Positions 58,258 to 64,000 of a DNA stretch of 64,000 bases are shown one piece after another. The notes under the pieces were generated by a model. It saw only the letters and a list, made by a program, of their open reading frames with translations, had not been told where the DNA came from and did no database searches. Position 1 is the first letter of the stretch. The number at the start of each line of letters is the position of its first letter. Made by a program: the position numbers and the translations under genes. This stretch comes from an uncultured Chloroflexia bacterium (lineage in GTDB: Bacteria > Chloroflexota > Limnocylindria > Limnocylindrales > CSP1-4), in assembly GCA_963749705.1 (NCBI GenBank), contig CAVVNQ010000011.1, positions 32,001 to 96,000 of the forward strand, read 5' to 3'.

Positions 58258-58860
58258 GTGGGGCGCGTGCCCGATCGCGACCGGCGATGGGTCGCCCTGG
58301 TCCCATTCGCCATGATCGTCGTCCTGGCCGGCGCGATCGCGATCTCGGGCCGGCCGGACCCGGACGGGCAACCGGCGGGATCGCCCACGCCGGCCGGCTC
58401 ATCGCTCCTCCCTGGCCGATCCGTCGCGACGAACGCTCCGGGCGCCCCAGCGACACCCGGTCGATCGCACGGTCCCGACGAACAGGCGTTCGCGGACGCG
58501 TTCCTCGCCCTCGCCGACGAGCACAACCGGGCGTGCACCGAGATCCTGCTTGCCAACCCGCTTGCGGAGTTCGACCTCGTGGGTGCCCGCCTGACCGACC
58601 AGGTCATCGAGACGCGAAGCCGACTGGCCTCGCTGCCCAGGCTCGAGCTGACGAGCACGCTGGTCGGTGACCTGGACTCGGCGATCGCCGACACCATCGC
58701 CCTGCTGGAAGCCGTCGACCCGCACGGGCCACGGGTCGATCAGGCCACGGCGTACCAGGCCGCGCTCGACCACTGGGTCGCGCACGTCCTGCCGGTCGCA
58801 AACGAGATCCGGGCCGTGGTCGGGCTCCCGGACGCGACGACCGGCGACCTGCAGCTCTAG
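58258..58860 (+). CDS. Hypothetical membrane-anchored protein
   Basis: N-terminal TM, Pro-rich linker, helical C-terminus; abuts the upstream stop. Confidence 0.6.
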   Translation: MGRVPDRDRRWVALVPFAMIVVLAGAIAISGRPDPDGQPAGSPTPAGSSLLPGRSVATNAPGAPATPGRSHGPDEQAFADAFLALADEHNRACTEILLANPLAEFDLVGARLTDQVIETRSRLASLPRLELTSTLVGDLDSAIADTIALLEAVDPHGPRVDQATAYQAALDHWVAHVLPVANEIRAVVGLPDATTGDLQL

Positions 58861-58876
58861 CGCAGGTCGCCGGTCG
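58838..58876. terminator. 15-bp perfect hairpin between convergent genes
   Basis: CGACCGGCGACCTGC / GCAGGTCGCCGGTCG with 9-nt loop; no U-tract. Confidence 0.55.
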
Positions 58877-58995
58877 CTCTCCTCCACTTGCCGACGCCCG
58901 GACGAACCGGGGAGCCGGGAGGTCAGTGTGCGACACCCTCCGACGCCGGCCCCCCGTCAGCCGGAATGTCGGAGACGCTCATCGCCGGGTTGCGT

Positions 58996-60072
58996 CTACG
59001 GGACCAGGAGGTCGGTCATCCGGTGGACGTGCGCCTTGTCACAGGTCGCGCCCAGGCAGCCGAGGTGCCAGGCATCCTGGATGGTGCCCAGCAGCGAGTA
59101 GTGGTTGTAGGGCCGGCTGGACTGCCGCGCACCATCGTGGGTCGACGAGATCACGAGCGTGACGACGTGGCCGCCACCGGGGTTCGCGGTGCAGCAGCCA
59201 CTGGTGTCACCGAACCCGAAATCGCTCGAAGATCCGGTGTAGTCACTCTCGTCCCAGGTGACGAAGATGACCGAGTTCTGGCTCCACACGGGCGAGCTCA
59301 TGATCATCCCCACCGTGTCCGCGAGGAACGTATCCCCGGCCGCGACCAGGCCGTGGTTGAGCTCGCCTGCCGGCGGATAGCGGCAGTCCGTGTCGGCGCT
59401 GACGCCCGGGTCGATGTACCGCCCGTGCATGTCATGGCACTGGTCGGGGGCGATGAAGCTGTAGTTCGCAACGGTGCCGCTGGCGAGGTCCGTGGCCAGC
59501 TGTGAGAAGTCCACGACATTTGCCATCCGGGCCGCGTCGTTCTGCACGTCCAGGTACGAGACGAACGGGTTGTGCTTGCGCTCGTACAGGTCCTGATTGA
59601 TCGTGCCGGCTGCGCCGCACGAGTGGGCGAGCTTGTCGCCGTTGCACAGGTCCAGCGCCTGCTGGTAGTCGGTCCACGTCTTCCCGTGCGACTCGAGCTG
59701 GTCGACGATGTTCACCGCGTTGATGTTGACGTCGTTGTCATCGGCGACTCCATGGGTCGAGCCGGATGTCACCGCGACGTAGTTGGGCTGGCTCGGGTGC
59801 GTCACGCCGTAGTAGCTGCTCGCAAACCCGTACGTGCCGGCGGCCTGGTTGATCCACGGCGCGTCCGCCGTGTTCCCGATCAGGCTGTCGGAGCCGGTGT
59901 TCTCCATCATGATCACGAACACGTGATCGAAGTTCTGCCATGACTGGCTGTGCGCGCTCGACTGACCGTTCGCGGCCGAGACTGCGCCCGCCTGGGCGGC
60001 GAAGATCCCGGCGACGATCAGGGCAAGCGTGGTTCGCTTCCGAATCCCTGCACGACTGGTTCTGGGACGCAT
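58996..60072 (-). CDS. Secreted phosphoesterase (acid phosphatase / phospholipase C family)
   Basis: HVFVIMMEN, THPSQPNY, RKHNPF, CHDMHG, TWDE, YNHYSLL; signal peptide. Confidence 0.9.
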   Translation of the reverse strand: MRPRTSRAGIRKRTTLALIVAGIFAAQAGAVSAANGQSSAHSQSWQNFDHVFVIMMENTGSDSLIGNTADAPWINQAAGTYGFASSYYGVTHPSQPNYVAVTSGSTHGVADDNDVNINAVNIVDQLESHGKTWTDYQQALDLCNGDKLAHSCGAAGTINQDLYERKHNPFVSYLDVQNDAARMANVVDFSQLATDLASGTVANYSFIAPDQCHDMHGRYIDPGVSADTDCRYPPAGELNHGLVAAGDTFLADTVGMIMSSPVWSQNSVIFVTWDESDYTGSSSDFGFGDTSGCCTANPGGGHVVTLVISSTHDGARQSSRPYNHYSLLGTIQDAWHLGCLGATCDKAHVHRMTDLLVP

Positions 60073-60256
60073 GCGATTCCTCCTGGGGCCACCGGTTCGC
60101 GCTCATCCGTCGGTGGGGCTGGGGACGTGGGTGTCGATTGTCCCCTGAAGACCTGTCCGTCGTGGTTGCATATCCGCATCACCACCGATCGTGGGCCGAT
60201 CAGCGGAACGTTGCATCCGCCTTTCAGCGGTGCCAGGGCGCACCGCAAAACGCCGT

Positions 60257-62119
60257 TCAGCCGGCGAGATCGGCCCCGGCCAGCGTGGCCCGCCTCGGTT
60301 CGCCCGCCTCGACCGCGGGCGTCGCACGCTCCGTGAACTGGAGCCGGTACAGCCGCGCGTAGATCCCGTCACGGGTCATCAGCTCGTCGTGCGTGCCCAG
60401 CTCGGCCAGCCAGCCGTCGTCGAGGACGGCGATCCGGTGGGCGCCGCGGACCGTCGACAGCCGGTGGGCGATGATGATCGTCGTCCGGCCGGTCATCAGG
60501 TGGTCGAGCGCCTCCTGGACGAGGCGCTCCGATTCGTTGTCCAGCGAGCTCGTCGCCTCGTCCAGCAGCAGGATCGGCGGGTCCTTGAGGATCGCCCGGG
60601 CGATCGCGATCCGCTGGCGCTGACCCCCCGACAGCCGCGAGCCACGATCGCCGACGGGCGTCTCGTATCCCAGCTCCATCGCGCTGATGAAGTCGTGGGC
60701 GTTCGCGGCGCGCGCCGCCGCGCGAACCTCGTCATCGGACGCGTCCGGGCGTCCGTACCGGATGTTGTCGACGACCGAGCCGCCGAACAGGGTCGCCTCC
60801 TGCGGCACCAGCCCGATCTGGCTGCGCAGGCTGGCGGTGGTCACGTCCCGGACGTCATGCCCGTCGAGCCGGATCGTCCCCGAGCTCACGTCCCACAGTC
60901 GGGGCAGCAGGCCGACCAGCGTGGTCTTGCCCGACCCGGATGGCCCCACCAGCGCGACCACCTCGCCCGGGGCGATGTCGAGCGTGAGGTCGCGGATGAC
61001 GGCGCGGCTGCCGTCGTAGCTGAACGTCACGCCTTCGAGCGCGATCCGGCCCGCGACCGGCCCGATGGCTGTCGCATGCGGTGCGTCGACGATGGTCGGG
61101 ACGGTGTCGATGATCTCGAACACGCGCGCGACTGCGCCGGTTCCCTCCCGGAACTGTCCGTACAGGCTGGCGATCGTGGCCAGGCTGGCACCGATCGTGA
61201 CCCCGTAAAGCAGGAACCCCGTCAGCGTCCCGATCCCAAGGGTGCCCTCGATCACCCGGTGCCCCGTGAACCACAGCAGCACGGCGATCGCGCCGTAGCC
61301 CAGGAAGCCCATCAACCCGCCAAACCCGGCGCGCCACAGCGCCAGCCGCGAACCGGCCGCGACGACCCCGGTGAGGTCGGCCCGGTATCGCTCGACCTCC
61401 CACGTCTCGCGGACGTAGCTCTCGACGACGCGGATGCCGGACAACGCCTCCTCGGCGGTCGCCGTGCTCCGGGCGATCGCATCCTGAACCTCGGTGCTCA
61501 CCCGCTGGAGCGGGCGACCGAACACGAGCGCGACGAAGATCAGCGCCGGCGCGAGGACCAGCGCGATCGCGAGCAGCATCGGGCTGAGCGTGAACAGGAT
61601 CACGATCGCCCCGATCAGCCCGATCAGCGACGACAGGAGCGCCGTGGTCGTCTGGGTGAGCAGGGTCCGGATCAGCGTCACGTCGCTCGACAGCCGCGAG
61701 ACCAGCTCGCCCACCCGGTTGCGCGCGTGGAAGTCCAGCGACAGCGTGACCAGCCTCGCGAACAGCTCGCTGCGGAGCTGGGCGACCACCCGCTCCCCCA
61801 CCACGCCCAGCAGGTAGGACTGGATGAACCCGCCGAGCGACTGGGCGAGGAACAGGATGACCAGGCCGACCAGCAGCCGGTCGAGCCCCGCGGCGTCACC
61901 GCCGGCGATGACCGAGGTGACCAGCCCGGCGACGACCAGCGGCACCATGAGCGCGAGCCCGGATCCCAGCAGCAACCCGCCGATCGCCACCGAGAACGGG
62001 AGCAGGTGGGGACGCAGGTAGCCCAGCAGGCGGCGCCACGGCACGCCACCCAGGCCGCGGACGCGGCGCGCGACCTCGCCCGGTGAGGGCGGGACCGTGA
62101 CCGGGGCCAAGGGGTCCAT
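60257..62119 (-). CDS. Fused ABC exporter (MsbA-like TMD + NBD)
   Basis: GPSGSGKTT, LSGGQRQRIAIARA, LDEATSSLD. Confidence 0.93.
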   Translation of the reverse strand: MDPLAPVTVPPSPGEVARRVRGLGGVPWRRLLGYLRPHLLPFSVAIGGLLLGSGLALMVPLVVAGLVTSVIAGGDAAGLDRLLVGLVILFLAQSLGGFIQSYLLGVVGERVVAQLRSELFARLVTLSLDFHARNRVGELVSRLSSDVTLIRTLLTQTTTALLSSLIGLIGAIVILFTLSPMLLAIALVLAPALIFVALVFGRPLQRVSTEVQDAIARSTATAEEALSGIRVVESYVRETWEVERYRADLTGVVAAGSRLALWRAGFGGLMGFLGYGAIAVLLWFTGHRVIEGTLGIGTLTGFLLYGVTIGASLATIASLYGQFREGTGAVARVFEIIDTVPTIVDAPHATAIGPVAGRIALEGVTFSYDGSRAVIRDLTLDIAPGEVVALVGPSGSGKTTLVGLLPRLWDVSSGTIRLDGHDVRDVTTASLRSQIGLVPQEATLFGGSVVDNIRYGRPDASDDEVRAAARAANAHDFISAMELGYETPVGDRGSRLSGGQRQRIAIARAILKDPPILLLDEATSSLDNESERLVQEALDHLMTGRTTIIIAHRLSTVRGAHRIAVLDDGWLAELGTHDELMTRDGIYARLYRLQFTERATPAVEAGEPRRATLAGADLAG

Positions 62120-62191
62120 CGGTTGATCATGCCATGCAGCGAACCGGCCGAATGGGCCGAACGCCCCCTGCGGTCGGGCGGCGGTGGATCC

Positions 62192-62905
62192 CTAGCCCAG
62201 GGTCGCGAGGAACCGGAACACCGGGACCGCTGCCGCGAAGCCATCGGCCAGCAGGTCGGGCAGTCCCGGGTCGCACACCTCGGCATCCGCGAGCGGACGC
62301 CCGAAGACCACGTCCTTCCAGCGGAACAGGTCGGCCATCGGATGGTCCTTCGGAAAGCCGGGCGGGATGCGGCGCAGCGCCTCGTGACACCTGACCTCGC
62401 CGAACCAGGCGACGAAGCCCGGGTCCTCGAGCGCCGCTCGCACGCGCTCGGGCTCCACCACCAGGGCCTGTCGGAACGCTCCCAGGCGGTGCTTGTCGGG
62501 CCGCCACATGCCGCCGCCAACGAACATCTCGCCCGGCTGGAAATGGAAGTAGCCACCGCTCCCCCGCTCGGCGGGTGGCGCGGAGTCATCGCCCGCGCCG
62601 GCCTGCCCGAGCCACGCGAAGCTCGCCCCGACGCCGGTCTTGTACGGCGACTTGTCCCTGCTGAAGCGCGTGTCGCGGTAGATGCGGAACGGGGATCGCC
62701 TGGGATCCGCGTCGAGGGGGATCCCGCGCGCCGCGAGCCGCTCCGCGAGCGCCTCGATGAGGGCCGCCATGGGGTCCCGCAGCAGGCGCTCGTAATCGGC
62801 CTTGCGCGACTGGAACCACGCGCGGTCGTTGTTCTGGGCGAGGTCGGCCAGGAACTGGATGGCCTCCGGCGTGAAGCCCGCGAAGGGCGCCGCCGACCCG
62901 CTCAT
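62192..62905 (-). CDS. DUF2461-family protein
   Basis: NNDRAWF, FRIYRDTRFSRDKSPYKT. Confidence 0.92.
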   Translation of the reverse strand: MSGSAAPFAGFTPEAIQFLADLAQNNDRAWFQSRKADYERLLRDPMAALIEALAERLAARGIPLDADPRRSPFRIYRDTRFSRDKSPYKTGVGASFAWLGQAGAGDDSAPPAERGSGGYFHFQPGEMFVGGGMWRPDKHRLGAFRQALVVEPERVRAALEDPGFVAWFGEVRCHEALRRIPPGFPKDHPMADLFRWKDVVFGRPLADAEVCDPGLPDLLADGFAAAVPVFRFLATLG

Positions 62906-62939
62906 CGCGCCGGGCCCCGCGCGCGTCGGGCGGCGCCGG

Positions 62940-63461
62940 TCACGCCGGCCCGTCCGGGCGGTACGGTGCCTCGTCGTCGAGGGCACCCACGAACTCGGGC
63001 AGATCGGTGTGGCCGAGCTGCTGCCGGATCGCGAGGTTCTCGCCGGTGTGGAACCAGTAGTGGTAGATGGCGCGCTGGAGCATGTTGCCGACCGTGCGCC
63101 GCATGGTCCGGCCGTCGCGGACGGGGTGCTCCAGGAGCGCCCGCGTGGTCAGCGAATCGAGCCATGGATCGGCCGCAGCCGTGATCGCATGCCATGCGTC
63201 GAGGACGCGCGAGGGATCGGGGGTGGAACCGGGGGCGCCGTAGGAGAACTCGCGCTCGATGTCGGGAAACGGCGTCAGGCCCTGGGCCAGGGTCAGGAAC
63301 TGGCGCTGCTCGTGGGCGCCCAGATGCCCGATGTTCCAGCTCAGGCAGTTCATCGGCCCCAGGCGGATCCGGGCGTGCGCCTCCGGGACCTCGCGGATGC
63401 CGCGCTCGAACTCCGAGCGCGCGAAGCGCAGCTGGGCGACGAGCGGATGCGGTTCGGCCAT
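62940..63461 (-). CDS. DinB-family protein
   Basis: MNCLSWNIGHL, YHYWFHTGE His motifs. Confidence 0.85.
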   Translation of the reverse strand: MAEPHPLVAQLRFARSEFERGIREVPEAHARIRLGPMNCLSWNIGHLGAHEQRQFLTLAQGLTPFPDIEREFSYGAPGSTPDPSRVLDAWHAITAAADPWLDSLTTRALLEHPVRDGRTMRRTVGNMLQRAIYHYWFHTGENLAIRQQLGHTDLPEFVGALDDEAPYRPDGPA

Positions 63462-63541
63462 CGACGTCCTCGCTGCTGTGGCTCCGGGGCGTGGCGTCCA
63501 GTCTCCCATCCCTCCGAAGGTGCCGTCGAGCGGGCGCGATC

Positions 63542-64000
63542 TCAGCCGCCGGCGGCCGCGCCGGGTGCCCGGCCGGCCGCCCGTCGCGCAACCTCGATGA
63601 ACGGGCGCAGGCGGCTGGTGACCTCCATCTCCGTGCGCCGGAACGCGGCCAGCCGCTGCTCGTCCGTGCCCTCGACCTCGGACGGGTCGTCGAGCCCCCA
63701 GTGGAGCGTGTTGGTCGAGCCCGGGAACACGGGACACGTCTCCCGGGCTCGGTCGCAGACCGTGATCACGTAGTCGAACTGCTGGTCGAGGAACTCCGTG
63801 ATCACCTTGCTGCGGGCCGCCGACCAGTCGATCCCCTGCTCCGCCAGGACGCGGACCGCGAACGGGTTGACGCGGGTCGCCTCGGTCCCCGCCGAGCTCA
63901 CCTCGAAATCTGCGCCCCCATGGCGCTTGAGCAGCGCCTCGGCGATCTGGCTCCTCGCGGAGTTGTGGGTGCACACGAACAGCACGCGGATCGGGGCCAC
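63542..64000 (-). CDS. arsC: Arsenate reductase (LMW-PTP fold), possibly missing a few N-terminal codons at the window edge
   Basis: CTHNSARSQ P-loop, SAGT, TVCD...CPVFPG, HWGLDDP. Confidence 0.88.
   Translation of the reverse strand: MAPIRVLFVCTHNSARSQIAEALLKRHGGADFEVSSAGTEATRVNPFAVRVLAEQGIDWSAARSKVITEFLDQQFDYVITVCDRARETCPVFPGSTNTLHWGLDDPSEVEGTDEQRLAAFRRTEMEVTSRLRPFIEVARRAAGRAPGAAAGG

Overview
High-GC (roughly 70-73% by eye) bacterial chromosomal segment with about 58 protein-coding genes. No rRNA, tRNA, CRISPR array, phage gene or intact transposase is visible. Gene content (F420-type LLM/DDN oxidoreductases, several ECF sigma/anti-sigma pairs, a SARP regulator, CWB2 and VanW proteins) suggests a monoderm soil-type organism such as Chloroflexota (Limnocylindria-like) or Actinomycetota; this is inference only. 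Most of the window is ordinary accessory metabolism. Standouts: (1) an 11-kb block at 32.7-43.5 kb with two operons, a ChrB_N-like regulator divergent from COG4280 permease / small membrane protein / TldD / TldE, followed by a C45 Ntn-amidase / siderophore-type ABC importer / GntR operon with its own promoter and palindromic operator; (2) a structured orphan non-coding element at 46.3-46.5 kb resembling an IS110 non-coding end (bridge-RNA-like) with no recombinase; (3) a structured 5' leader upstream of a RhlE-like DEAD-box helicase; (4) a STAND protein carrying two zinc-ribbon+cyclase modules with complementary catalytic residues; (5) a TetM/OtrA-like GTPase with an overlapping upstream ORF; (6) a subtilase with a circularly permuted CWB2 triplet. 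Three genes carry single frameshifts that are probably assembly indels. All family calls come from motif recognition, not database searches.
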